NCBI GenBank assembly: GCA_000999025.1
Contig: LCFM01000003.1
Location: 12,253-76,252, forward strand
Direction: 5' to 3'
DNA length: 64,000 bases
Source: Parcubacteria group bacterium GW2011_GWA2_43_13
GTDB taxonomy: Bacteria; Patescibacteriota; Patescibacteriia; UBA9629; GWA2-43-13
This document shows positions 28,330 through 38,353 of this stretch, piece after piece. The position numbers and the translations under genes were made by a program. The stretch's first letter is position 1. Each line of letters starts with the position of its first letter. The notes below the pieces were generated by a model. The model saw only the letters and a program-made list of their open reading frames with translations, was not told the origin of the DNA and did not search any database.

Positions 28330-29745
28330 TTATTCTTTTGTGATTTTCACCTGCGTTCCAATATCAGCCCAATTCCACAGCGCCTCGGCCGCGCCCACAG
28401 GCAAACGGATACACCCGCCTGAAACACGTTTCCCTAAATGATCAGCCCCTTCTTTTGCGCCATTCGGCCATTCAGGTAATTCATGAAACCCCCATGCCGG
28501 AATTTTATATGCCATCCAATAGGGCATATATAATTTCGCAAGACGGGAATACGGTCTACGATATTTATTTTCGATTTTAAACTCACCGATCGGCGTCGGT
28601 GTTGAGGGCTTGCCAGTTGAAACCATAACTGAAGCAATTTGAAACCCGTCATCATAATAACGCAAACGCTGATCGGTAATAGAAACCTCCATTAACTGTC
28701 CCTGCTTGCCAGTCACTGGTTTGGGAACTGCGGAATCATACACAATCAATTCCGGAAACACCACCCCTTTTAATGAAGTATAGATAAAATCCTGCGCCAT
28801 ATCGCTTGTGATGCCAGCCAACTGATATGCCTGCTGAAGTTCGCCAAATCCATTCAGAATCTTCATACGCTGATCCTTTTCTCCTGTTATCAATACAAGC
28901 ATCTCTTCTTTTTCATCACCCACAACATCTTCAGTTCCAATTGAAACAATACCTGACTCACTACTGACGAATACGGAAAATGAAGCAACCTCTGTTCCAT
29001 CTCCTCTGACAAGATGAACCATCCCTTTTTCATCAACGCGATTGGCAATAATAAGCTCTGATGTTCCATCGCCCCCAAGATCAATAGGCGCAACTAGCAA
29101 CCCTGATACATTCAATAAAGAAAAGTCAACCTTCATGGATATGCGTTTCCCTTTCGCATCAAACACGGCGATTGCAGGCATAAATCCTCTACCTGTGGAA
29201 ACAATAATCTCCGGTTTTGCGTCGCCTTGTATATTTGCAACAGCAATTGCGTATTCACCGAATTGCTGTTTGTCAAATGCGTAAAACGAACGCACTTCTT
29301 TCCCAAAACTATTAAATATTTTCACCTGCGGATGACCATCTGAAGCAGGAATAGTCACTATTTCAGGTTTTGTATCGCCATCAAAATCTGCAACCGCAAC
29401 CTTTACCCCTCCGCGCATTGTTGTGGGATACGCCTCAAAACTATTCAGCACAGACCCGTCATTCCGTAACAACCATACGCGAGGATCATTCCCTGCATAC
29501 GCGCCAATAATCAATTCTTTCAGCCCATCTTTTCCTAAATCCACAACAGCAACACTTGCAGGGCGCACACCTTCTAATGACATCGCACGACTTGAAGTAA
29601 AGGACTCTCCGTCAAACAACAGCAACTCATTGCGACTTTGCGCAAAAACAACATCAGATAAAGACAATACTCCACCATAGAATAATCCGCCTATGGCGGA
29701 AAAAAACAAAATATAAAACGCTGTTGCGCTCAAAAATTTCTTCAT
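28330..29745 (-). CDS. secreted L,D-transpeptidase (YkuD domain) with N-terminal FG-GAP/VCBS-like repeats
   Basis: C-terminal catalytic HLGKRVSGGCIRLP, with DFDGDTKPEIV and DLGGDGTSELI repeats. N-terminal signal/TM segment. Confidence 0.75.
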   Translation of the reverse strand: MKKFLSATAFYILFFSAIGGLFYGGVLSLSDVVFAQSRNELLLFDGESFTSSRAMSLEGVRPASVAVVDLGKDGLKELIIGAYAGNDPRVWLLRNDGSVLNSFEAYPTTMRGGVKVAVADFDGDTKPEIVTIPASDGHPQVKIFNSFGKEVRSFYAFDKQQFGEYAIAVANIQGDAKPEIIVSTGRGFMPAIAVFDAKGKRISMKVDFSLLNVSGLLVAPIDLGGDGTSELIIANRVDEKGMVHLVRGDGTEVASFSVFVSSESGIVSIGTEDVVGDEKEEMLVLITGEKDQRMKILNGFGELQQAYQLAGITSDMAQDFIYTSLKGVVFPELIVYDSAVPKPVTGKQGQLMEVSITDQRLRYYDDGFQIASVMVSTGKPSTPTPIGEFKIENKYRRPYSRLAKLYMPYWMAYKIPAWGFHELPEWPNGAKEGADHLGKRVSGGCIRLPVGAAEALWNWADIGTQVKITKE

Positions 29746-29784
29746 GCAATTAGTATATCACAAAAAATCAGCTGGGTGTGGTTC

Positions 29785-30240
29785 CTACACACCCAGCATC
29801 AAAACATCGGAGATGCCAATCGAAGGCAAGAAGTGGTCACCTGCAACAGTAACCGTAAACTGCACCACTCCATGCCGATGCACGTCCTCTAACTCGCGCC
29901 ACTGTTGCTCATACACCACATCCCATTCTTCTGGCTTTGCGGCTTTAAATCCCTTTCGGTATGCAATCTGACCATCAAAGATTCTCCGCGCCTCTTGAGA
30001 ATCTTCCGCATACCCTACATGCATACCAAAATGATGGGGATCAGAGTATATCTCTGGAATGGTCGCTTCGCACATTCCTATATACTCTGTGATAATGTAC
30101 ACACCTTGTGGAAGGCAGGAAAAGAGCATAATGGCGCACACGTTCCCTGTCCTGCGATCCCATAGAATCCGAGCGTCAATTAACTCCGGCCACGGATTCC
30201 CCCACATCGAAAGCCCCCTTCCCAAAAAGAAAAACCGCAC
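29785..30240 (-). CDS. hypothetical protein
   Basis: 151-aa ORF with no recognisable motif. Confidence 0.35.
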   Translation of the reverse strand: MRFFFLGRGLSMWGNPWPELIDARILWDRRTGNVCAIMLFSCLPQGVYIITEYIGMCEATIPEIYSDPHHFGMHVGYAEDSQEARRIFDGQIAYRKGFKAAKPEEWDVVYEQQWRELEDVHRHGVVQFTVTVAGDHFLPSIGISDVLMLGV

Positions 30241-30291
30241 TCAAAAAGTGCGCCTCCCATTCTTGTTAACCTGATTGATACGATTGAAGTG

Positions 30292-30735
30292 TCATAGCAG
30301 GTTATCAAGCTCTTTTAGCACGGCATCTGCATGGCCATCCACCGTTACTGCCAGAAAAAGCTTTTTCACAATGCCGTGAGTATCAATAACACATGTCGTG
30401 CGTTCCGCCATGCCGCTTTCTTTTAACACGCCGTATAATTTCGCAATCTCGCCTTTCTCATCCGCAATCAATATAAGATCAAGATGATGGTCGGTACAAA
30501 ATGTTTTATGAGAGAGTACCCCTTGCGTTGATATGCCGATTACAACAGTATTTCTTTTTTCAAATTCTGCTTTTTTTTGAGAAAAATCAATCGCCTCCCG
30601 CGTGCACCCGGGAGTATTGTCTTTAGGATAAAAATACAGCACCACGTTTTTATTCTCAAAATCAGACAATGAAACATGTGTGCCGTCCTGATCTTCTCCA
30701 CTCCACAATGGTGCTCGTTCCTCTGCTCGAACCAT
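30292..30735 (-). CDS. bcp: peroxiredoxin (Bcp/AhpC-TSA family)
   Basis: FYPKDNTPGCTRE peroxidatic cysteine motif. Confidence 0.85.
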   Translation of the reverse strand: MVRAEERAPLWSGEDQDGTHVSLSDFENKNVVLYFYPKDNTPGCTREAIDFSQKKAEFEKRNTVVIGISTQGVLSHKTFCTDHHLDLILIADEKGEIAKLYGVLKESGMAERTTCVIDTHGIVKKLFLAVTVDGHADAVLKELDNLL

Positions 30736-30778
30736 AGGGTGAATAGTAATGTGATATCTGATAACTGACATTTAGAAT

Positions 30779-31003
30779 TTACTTCTGTGGCCAGATTTGC
30801 ATGCCACTCTCATCTTCCACAATAATCGCGTCAACAGGGCATGACTTTGCCGATTCAAGCAACTCCGCATCACTGGTTTGCGAAACCGTGTCTTTTACAA
30901 TCGCCTTGCCCTCTGAATCGAGTTCAAAGGCCAAAGGAGCAAGCGCAACGCAAGATGCGGCGCCGATGCATAAATCACGGACTACACGAACTTTGTATGA
31001 CAT
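30779..31003 (-). CDS. small single-cluster ferredoxin
   Basis: CIGAASC ... SCP ligand pattern, about 74 aa. Confidence 0.7.
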   Translation of the reverse strand: MSYKVRVVRDLCIGAASCVALAPLAFELDSEGKAIVKDTVSQTSDAELLESAKSCPVDAIIVEDESGMQIWPQK

Positions 31004-31088
31004 AGAAGGTAAAGACAAAAAACTACTACACCCCCCCTTATAAAAAACAGAATACACCCTATTTTTTATATTTACAACTGTCTATAAA

Positions 31089-31118
31089 CACTCTTCCCGT
31101 AGAGACGTATAGAGCCAT
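31089..31118. repeat. Family A single hairpin (GTAGAGACGTAT-AGAGCC-ATACGTCTCTAC)
   Basis: 12-bp perfect stem. Confidence 0.8.
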
Positions 31119-31803
31119 ACGTCTCTACGAACACAAAACAACAACTCCCGCCTTGTTCAGGCGGGAGGAAAGAAGATGATTAACATCTGTCATGAATGAC
31201 AGTATTTATTTCTTCTTTTTTCCGCCTTTCTTCTTTTTAGCTGCCATAATACCAGTGTGATCGTTGCAGATGCGCTAACACAGGGTGCTCCCGAAGAAGC
31301 GTCAACGTGGTCGCATCATTAACAATCAATAATGCACGCAAGAATGATTACTCACTCTTGCTCTACACAAAGCACGCGTGTGCTTTTCAATTAATAGTAT
31401 ACATGAAAAATAAAAAAAATTCATCAATGTGGATAACTTTTTTTGACAGTGCTCGCGTAAAAATCCTTTACAGTAAAAAAATAAGGTGCTTTGCGCAAGC
31501 ACCCCCACCATAGAACGCCGTTGTTCTCGTCGTTCTATAGCATGATCATAGCCGAATGGCCATCCACGCCATCCCAAGTATGCCGCTATCAGACACACTA
31601 TAATGAACACAATGATACCAACGATCCACCCGCGTCTTTCGATAGAAGGAAGAATGATTTCGATCCTCGTATTGGCATCAGCATCTGATTCCTGTTTCAT
31701 GAAAAGTGCTCCCCTCTATGTATTTTGTTGTACTCCTTATACAAAAAAAATCAAATACAAAACTCCCCCGTTATACGCGAGGGAGTTCTTTGTCAGATTA
31801 AAT

Positions 31804-32154
31804 TTATCTGTCACGGTTACTGCGAAAACAATCGCGGCAATAAATATCTCGTGACGGATCTGGGTCAAACGGCAATTGGGTAATTGCAGTTCCGCACCCG
31901 GCGCATTTGATGTTCAAATGAGAAACATCTTTCAGCGGCCGAGGCATGTGCTGAGCACCGCCGCCTTGATATCTGCTTCCGCCACTTCCACCACCTGAGC
32001 GGAATGACTGCTGATTGCGATGGCAATCACGGCAGTAAACATCTTGGCCTGGGCGCGGCTGGAATGGCAATTGAGTAATTGCCGTATTGCAGGATGCGCA
32101 TGTCAGCCCCTGATCTGTTACGTCCACCATGGGACGGCTTGATTGAAAATCCAT
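31804..32154 (-). CDS. hypothetical tandem zinc-ribbon protein
   Basis: Two copies of CxxCxTAITQLPFxPxPxxDxYCRDC, separated by a Gly-rich linker. Confidence 0.5.
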   Translation of the reverse strand: MDFQSSRPMVDVTDQGLTCASCNTAITQLPFQPRPGQDVYCRDCHRNQQSFRSGGGSGGSRYQGGGAQHMPRPLKDVSHLNIKCAGCGTAITQLPFDPDPSRDIYCRDCFRSNRDR

Positions 32155-32332
32155 ACGTATTTCACCGATAGATTAGCTTATAAATTCGTTTCCGGTGAAA
32201 TACGCTTGATAATCGACTTACTATTGCCTTAATCAAGCATAATGCTTATTTAAGGACTTATCTCACAAATATTCCCCGATGAAACACTATTATTATACAC
32301 TACTTGAAATAAAAAGTAAAGCACCTGTACCT

Positions 32333-33607
32333 TCAAAACCGATATAACGAGGCCCGTGAGCCCAATTCTTCTTCTATGCGCATCAATTGGTTGTACTTGC
32401 ACAATCTGTCTGTCCGTGACATTGATCCTGTCTTTATTTGTCCAGTTCCCAGCCCTACAACCAAATCAGCAATCGTCGTATCTTCTGTTTCACCGGAACG
32501 ATGCGAGATAATCGCGCGCCAGCCGGCCTCATGCGCCATCTGAACCGTTTGCACCGTCTCGGTTACCGTGCCGATCTGATTTAATTTTACGAGCACCGCA
32601 TTTGCCCATTTTTCATCAATTGCTTGACGTAAAATCTTTGGATTGGTCACAATCAAATCATCGCCAACAATCTGGATTGTTTTCCCCAATCGCTCACTCA
32701 ATCGCACCCAATGCGCGCTATCATGCTCATTCAACCCATCCTCAATAGACCTCATTGGATATTTTGAGACCCATTGCTCATATAACCCAATCAATCCGTC
32801 TGAATCCAATGTGAGATTATCTTTTGATAACACATATGTGCCGTCTTTTGAAAATTGATCAGATGCCGCGTCTATTGCCAACACCACATCTTTCCCTGCC
32901 TCATATCCTGCCTGCGCAATGGCTTCCAAAATCACCTTAAATGCATCTTCATTCGAATCAAGCGTAGGCGCAAACCCGCCCTCATCTCCGACATTGGTAT
33001 TAAGCCCTCGTTTTTTTAACACTGATTTTAATGCATGAAATGTTTCTCCTGCCATTTGAACTGCCTGCCGTATTGATTGCGCGCCAATGGGCATAATCAT
33101 AAATTCTTGAATATCTGATGAATTATCAGCATGCGCTCCGCCATTTAAAATATTCACCATCGGCACTGGCAGTACATACGCGCCATCCGGGTTATATGTA
33201 TCGTGAATATACTCATACAACGGTTTTTCACTATCAAGCGCGCCGGCTTTCAGCACTGCCGATGAAACACCTAATATTGCATTTGCGCCAAGATGAGATT
33301 TATTTTCCGTGCCATCAAGCTCTATCATGCGCGTGTCTATTTTTTCTTGCTCTGTCGGATCCATGCCGGCGAGATCAGGAGCAATAAGCGTATGGATATT
33401 TTCAATTGCCTTCAGCACTCCTTTCCCGGCGAATCGTTTTGCATCCTCATCGCGCAATTCAATTGCCTCTTTTTCACCAGTTGATGCTCCGCTTGGCACA
33501 CTTGCCCGACTCCGTTGTCCGGAATCAAGAACAACATCAACTTCAACCGTCGGATTCCCGCGGGAGTCCAAAATTTCTCTTGCATGGATTTCTTTAATTT
33601 TTGCCAT
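32333..33607 (-). CDS. eno: enolase
   Basis: [23 protein letters not shown] and full-length conservation (424 aa). Confidence 0.95.
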   Translation of the reverse strand: MAKIKEIHAREILDSRGNPTVEVDVVLDSGQRSRASVPSGASTGEKEAIELRDEDAKRFAGKGVLKAIENIHTLIAPDLAGMDPTEQEKIDTRMIELDGTENKSHLGANAILGVSSAVLKAGALDSEKPLYEYIHDTYNPDGAYVLPVPMVNILNGGAHADNSSDIQEFMIMPIGAQSIRQAVQMAGETFHALKSVLKKRGLNTNVGDEGGFAPTLDSNEDAFKVILEAIAQAGYEAGKDVVLAIDAASDQFSKDGTYVLSKDNLTLDSDGLIGLYEQWVSKYPMRSIEDGLNEHDSAHWVRLSERLGKTIQIVGDDLIVTNPKILRQAIDEKWANAVLVKLNQIGTVTETVQTVQMAHEAGWRAIISHRSGETEDTTIADLVVGLGTGQIKTGSMSRTDRLCKYNQLMRIEEELGSRASLYRF

Positions 33608-33641
33608 AGAATAAAAATAGAATAAGAAAAGTTAATTCACT

Positions 33642-34184
33642 GTGATTATACCGCCTCTTATCCAAAAGTCCAGAAAAAGTATATACTATACAGATATGGT
33701 TCAAGAAAAGAAAAAACTGCGCATAGGGTGGTTTACATTCAGCTGTTGCGAGGATAGCACGGTTTTGATGACTGAAATTTTAAATGACCACTGGCAGGAA
33801 TGGGCGCCATTGTTGGATATCCGCCATGCGCGGGTATTGCAAAAAGAAAATATTTTAGATTCTATGGATGTCGCGTTTGTGGAAGGCGCGCTGGCAAGCG
33901 AAGAGCATATCGAAAAACTCAAAGAAATTCGCACCCTCGCGACCAAGGTGGTTGCCGTTGGCGCGTGCGCCTGCATTGGTATGCCTTCTGGAAACAGAAA
34001 TCAGTTTGATGATCACACTCAAGAAGAAATATCATTTTTAACCGCGAGATTTAGTCATTTGCCCAAAGTGTTAAAATTAGAAGATGTCGTAGCAGTTGAT
34101 GCAAAACTCCCCGGCTGTCCCATGAATGAACAGCAATTTATTCATTTGATGAAAGCGATGTTGCAGACATTTCGTATCACCTAA
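33642..34184 (+). CDS. [NiFe]-hydrogenase small subunit (group 3-like, minimal)
   Basis: Proximal-cluster motifs FSCCEDS and VAVGACACIG; VEGALASEE matches the HoxY/MvhG/HydD-type block. An alternative start at M19 (33696) is possible. Confidence 0.65.
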   Translation: MIIPPLIQKSRKSIYYTDMVQEKKKLRIGWFTFSCCEDSTVLMTEILNDHWQEWAPLLDIRHARVLQKENILDSMDVAFVEGALASEEHIEKLKEIRTLATKVVAVGACACIGMPSGNRNQFDDHTQEEISFLTARFSHLPKVLKLEDVVAVDAKLPGCPMNEQQFIHLMKAMLQTFRIT

Positions 34185-34200
34185 ATATTGCTGTATTCCA

Positions 34201-34267
34201 AATATCAAATGTCAGTTATCAGTTTTCAAATTTGACAACTGAAAATTGACAACTGAAAACTGCCAGT
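34201..34267. repeat. Family C tandem repeat between the hydrogenase subunit genes
   Basis: aatatcaaatgtcagttatcagttttcaaatttgacaactgaaaattgacaactgaaaactgccag. Confidence 0.8.
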
Positions 34268-35599
34268 ATGCACTTAATAGACCTCGACCTCACCATTGAC
34301 GAAATGACCAAAGTAGAAGGCGCGGCATCTGTTGATGTCAAAATTCGCAGTGGCGTGGTTGAATCAGTCAAGTTCGGCATCACAGAATACAAACGATTTT
34401 ATACCCAAGCCATGCGCGGAAAATCCATCACTGCCCTGCCCCAACTATTAGCCCGAATTTGTGGCACCTGCAGTAACGCGCATTTACTGTGCAGTATTGA
34501 AGCATGCGAACACGCGCTTGGCATCACCCCATCCCCTCAAACCCAAATTCTAAAACGACTTACCATGTATGGATTAAACATCCGAGATCACGCATTACAT
34601 TTGTATCTTTTTGTTGCTCCTGACTTGCGTAATAAAGACAATTTTTTAAGTTTTGACGAGCATGATCCTATAGAACACGATATGCTCCACGATGCATTTG
34701 CCATCAAAGCCGCTGGCAATCATCTCGCCCAAATCGTCGCAGGCAGAAGCGTGCATGGCATGTATCCTGCTATTGGAGGATTTACCAAAACCCCTACGCA
34801 ACAAGAAACGCAGTCAATTATTAAGCAACTTCAAGAGGTACGGCCACGCGTATTGCGACTCATTAAAACATTTGAACAATGCGATTGGAAATTTGATCGC
34901 ACAACCAAGTATATGGGTATGTCGGCTGATCATTATTCTTTTTTAGAAGGAGTTATCATCAGCGATACTGGCCAACGGATAGAAGAACAGGACTACCACA
35001 ATCATTTGGAACATGTCGTCATCCCCTATTCTCAAGCATCTGGATACAAACACGATAATGAATGTTATATGGTTGGTGCTCTCGCGCGTGTTAATTTATC
35101 AAAGGAAAAACTGCATCCGAATACAAAAAAAGACGCAAATTCTGCTATTGCGCTCTTTCCATCAACCAATATCTATCACAATAATCTTGCACAGGCGATT
35201 GAAATTTTGCATTGCATTGATGACGCGATTGACCTGCTTAATAATACCCAATTTAAACAAGAACCCCTCCCAAAACCGGTGTTTCGCGAAGCAATGGGCA
35301 TTGGAGTTGTAGAAGCGCCGCGCGGGATGCTGTATCATCGCGTGCATATTGATGATAACGGCATTGTGATGGAAGGCGATATTGTGGTACCGACCGGACA
35401 AAATCAAATCAATATTGAACAAGATTTAAAAACCCTTATTCAGCGATTGATTGATAATGATGTTGAAAATAAACATGAAATCCAGCACGAGATGGAAAAA
35501 CTCATCCGCGCCTACGACCCCTGCATGTCCTGCGCCAGTCATTTTTTAAAAATCAATTGGATAGAAAAAAATAACATCCTTACATTCTCAAGTTTATAA
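34268..35599 (+). CDS. [NiFe]-hydrogenase large subunit (group 3-like)
   Basis: N-terminal TKVEGAAS (RIEGH-like) and RICGTCSNAH (L1), with C-terminal DPCMSCASHF (L2, DPCxxCxxH). Confidence 0.8.
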   Translation: MHLIDLDLTIDEMTKVEGAASVDVKIRSGVVESVKFGITEYKRFYTQAMRGKSITALPQLLARICGTCSNAHLLCSIEACEHALGITPSPQTQILKRLTMYGLNIRDHALHLYLFVAPDLRNKDNFLSFDEHDPIEHDMLHDAFAIKAAGNHLAQIVAGRSVHGMYPAIGGFTKTPTQQETQSIIKQLQEVRPRVLRLIKTFEQCDWKFDRTTKYMGMSADHYSFLEGVIISDTGQRIEEQDYHNHLEHVVIPYSQASGYKHDNECYMVGALARVNLSKEKLHPNTKKDANSAIALFPSTNIYHNNLAQAIEILHCIDDAIDLLNNTQFKQEPLPKPVFREAMGIGVVEAPRGMLYHRVHIDDNGIVMEGDIVVPTGQNQINIEQDLKTLIQRLIDNDVENKHEIQHEMEKLIRAYDPCMSCASHFLKINWIEKNNILTFSSL

Positions 35600-35963
35600 G
35601 GATATTATTAATAGATTCTGCTATATCATTGACATCCATTCCTCCCGTCGGTACACCAATAATGGTGATTTTTTTTATTGTACCAAGTTTTTTCAGCCAT
35701 TTCAGATTTGCGACGACATCAAAATCATGCAAAGAAACAAGTGGCGTTTGTTCTATTTTTTCAAGATCATTAAATACCATCACCCCATCAATGCCTTGTA
35801 CCGTATCAATCATCACAAAATGTTCTGGAATCTCGCCCCATTCTTCATTAGGATCAAGATGAACAAAGTCGAAATTGGGAACTTGTTTTTTGAGTTGCGG
35901 CATGAGCTTGACAGGCAACGAATCTTCCTCAATATCTGGATTACCAAAGATGAATATTTTCAT
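35580..35963 (-). CDS. hydrogenase maturation endopeptidase (HycI/HoxW family)
   Basis: MKIFIFGNPDIEEDSLP N-terminus and a conserved D/H pattern. The 3' ends overlap convergently by about 20 nt with the large-subunit gene. Confidence 0.7.
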   Translation of the reverse strand: MKIFIFGNPDIEEDSLPVKLMPQLKKQVPNFDFVHLDPNEEWGEIPEHFVMIDTVQGIDGVMVFNDLEKIEQTPLVSLHDFDVVANLKWLKKLGTIKKITIIGVPTGGMDVNDIAESINNILINLRM

Positions 35964-35992
35964 ACATATCCAATAATGAGATTGTTTATACT

Positions 35993-37672
35993 TCACACTG
36001 TCCGGTTCGCCAGCGCCAAATGCATGTTAGTAAAGCGCGCTAAATTTGCGACTTGCCGCGCATGCAACCTCTCGCATGGCAAATCCCAGTGCATGGAAAT
36101 CCAATCACCTATAGCCGCATCATCCATTGACCCATCATCAGCCAAATGACGCCTGATAACGCGTTGCTCAACCGTAGCAAGATACAACTTCGCGCCATCA
36201 AACCGAATCGGCTGGCGCTCAACTGTAATTACTGGTCCGTCAATCGCAATCACTTTCCCCCAGCTAATCCTACAAGAATCAATACTCTCCACAGTATGCG
36301 GCTCCTCTTTATGCCCCATCCTCTGCCAGATGTTCATCACCTGAAACGAATGGTGCATTTTTGCCCCGCCAGATATTTTATCCTCAATATATCCAAAATA
36401 CTTACTACCAAACCGATCTTTTACTTTGAGTGTATCTTTCAAGTGGATATACATATCCTGCTTGGATGGTGTATCCAAAAGCTCATTTCCAACCCAATAC
36501 GCTTCAACCACTTTTTCATGCAAAGGGTCGGAAAGATGATTGGCGTCAGCAATGGCTTTTAAATAGGGATACATCACTTCAAACTGTGACAACAAATACC
36601 GCAGACCATAGTCCGCGGTGTTTTCGCCAAGATACGCCAACATCTCGCCCGATTTATCTGGTCCGCAAAAGTGCAATCTGTTCGGTGAAAACGCGTATCG
36701 CGCGCAACGAATAATCCCCTGCTCTTGAGATAGTAATTGAGGTGAGACCATAGAAACCATCGTCTCCCTCTCCTTTATTAAGGAGAGGGCTGGGGTGAGA
36801 TTTTTTTGTCGTGATGACATCACAAATACACCTGCTCCAGCCACAAGCAATATCATCGGAACAATCAATGCGCTTGGCCATTGTCCTGTTGTGATGTTTT
36901 GCAGTACAACCGTAATCGGAAACGCCAACACTAACACTGTTGATACAAACGAAGCGGATAATTTTTTTAATCCCGTATACCAACACGCAACATACCCACA
37001 CAACACCATACCTGTCACCAATGCCCAACCCACCTGCTCCCATGTTTGAGGAATCAACGCTTGTCCGCTCCCTTGAGCAATACTGTAAACAATCAAAAGC
37101 ACCGCACCAAACGCCATCCGTGCCCAAGCTCCAACCAGAGCCGGAATATTCTGCAATATTTTTTTTGCAATGATCGTCTCAATTGCCCATAAAATCGTAG
37201 CCCCCAATGCAAGAAAAAATCCTATTCCCCAGTCCCATCCCTTTAGGCCGCCTAACATCACCACGCCTATCATCATCACCACTATCCCAAGCCATTGCAA
37301 TCTACTCACCTTTTCTTTCAAGTAAACGGCAGACATAACAGCAACCCACACAAATAGGGTTTTATGAATAAACGCGGCTTGCGTTGCCGGCACCAACGTC
37401 AAACTCTTGAAAAATAAGACAAATGGCACAGAACCGCCAATCACACCGATTACAACAAGGTTGATCCATTGCTTCTTATTTAACAATTTCAATACTCGCC
37501 ATTGGGCAACCGCGCCCACCAACCCTGCCAGCAAACATGCGGCAATGATATTTTTTGTTGTTGTATACGCTACCGCATCAGACCAACTTCCCACACCAAA
37601 TTTATTGATAAACACCGCCACGCCACTGATAAGCGCTGTAATAAAGGGTAAAATAAATACATTATTTTTCAT
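35993..37672 (-). CDS. continuous ORF: N-terminal DMT/EamA-type transporter (about 37672-36800) joined in frame, through family B element 36758-36818, to a 255-aa unknown soluble domain (internal SD+ATG at 36760)
   Basis: Ten hydrophobic helices typical of EamA. The element reads AAGGAGAGGGAGACG-ATGGTTTCT on the coding strand. These are likely two genes, or a fusion created by the element. Confidence 0.5.
   Translation of the reverse strand: MKNNVFILPFITALISGVAVFINKFGVGSWSDAVAYTTTKNIIAACLLAGLVGAVAQWRVLKLLNKKQWINLVVIGVIGGSVPFVLFFKSLTLVPATQAAFIHKTLFVWVAVMSAVYLKEKVSRLQWLGIVVMMIGVVMLGGLKGWDWGIGFFLALGATILWAIETIIAKKILQNIPALVGAWARMAFGAVLLIVYSIAQGSGQALIPQTWEQVGWALVTGMVLCGYVACWYTGLKKLSASFVSTVLVLAFPITVVLQNITTGQWPSALIVPMILLVAGAGVFVMSSRQKNLTPALSLIKERETMVSMVSPQLLSQEQGIIRCARYAFSPNRLHFCGPDKSGEMLAYLGENTADYGLRYLLSQFEVMYPYLKAIADANHLSDPLHEKVVEAYWVGNELLDTPSKQDMYIHLKDTLKVKDRFGSKYFGYIEDKISGGAKMHHSFQVMNIWQRMGHKEEPHTVESIDSCRISWGKVIAIDGPVITVERQPIRFDGAKLYLATVEQRVIRRHLADDGSMDDAAIGDWISMHWDLPCERLHARQVANLARFTNMHLALANRTV
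36758..36818 (-). repeat. Family B element (reverse orientation relative to the 3035 copy)
   Basis: The reverse complement reads CTCACCCCAGCCCTCTCCTTAATAAAGGAGAGGGAGACGATGG. Confidence 0.8.
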
Positions 37673-37798
37673 AGAGAATATGCGTTATTGCATGCAATAT
37701 ACCATAAAAATTGCGCAAAAAAAAGCTAATGCTATACTATTTACAAAACAAAACAATCCCTCTATGATAGACACCAACCTCGTATCAAGGAGAAACAC

Positions 37799-38320
37799 AT
37801 GACCTCCCATAAGCGATGTGCGTTGTTTACGGTCATTGCGTTGTTAACGGTCGTAAGCTGTGGGACTCTCCCAGTCCCGGCAACCAGCGTCAATGTGCTT
37901 ATCATTGATGAAATCGGGATCACGCGGCCAGAGGCGATTTCTCTGGCAAAACAAACTACCCAATCGTACCGGTTTGATGCGATCATCTTCATTTCCGACC
38001 CCTCCGCCTTCCCGCCCCCTGAAGATGGGTTCATCCCGCAATTTCATGGAGCAATCATCCATGCGTTTACCGAGCAGGACACGATTAAAGAGGCCATTCA
38101 TAGGGCTACTGATTTCATCAACGAACGCGCACTCCCCAAAAGGAACAAAGGGGTGATCGTGCTCTATACAACATCCACAGTACGGGAAAATAATATCGAT
38201 ACCCTTGTAACTGCACAGGAACAGGGGATTGATATCTTCATTCTCAACCCTGAACCCAAACCTCGCCTCAACGCCCGTAGCGCACCGTCCACGCGCTACG
38301 GGCCTCATTTTATGTATTGA
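37799..38320 (+). CDS. hypothetical lipoprotein
   Basis: Signal peptide with a lipobox-like LTVVSCG. 173 aa. Confidence 0.45.
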   Translation: MTSHKRCALFTVIALLTVVSCGTLPVPATSVNVLIIDEIGITRPEAISLAKQTTQSYRFDAIIFISDPSAFPPPEDGFIPQFHGAIIHAFTEQDTIKEAIHRATDFINERALPKRNKGVIVLYTTSTVRENNIDTLVTAQEQGIDIFILNPEPKPRLNARSAPSTRYGPHFMY

Positions 38321-38353
38321 ATATACCTCAAATATCGCCTATACTACCAAGAT

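Noticed and set aside
31326-31700. 124-aa minus-strand ORF with one TM segment
   Set aside because: Only the first 60 or so residues look protein-like. The remainder reads through AT-rich promoter-like DNA. Not reported as a feature, though a small membrane protein cannot be excluded.
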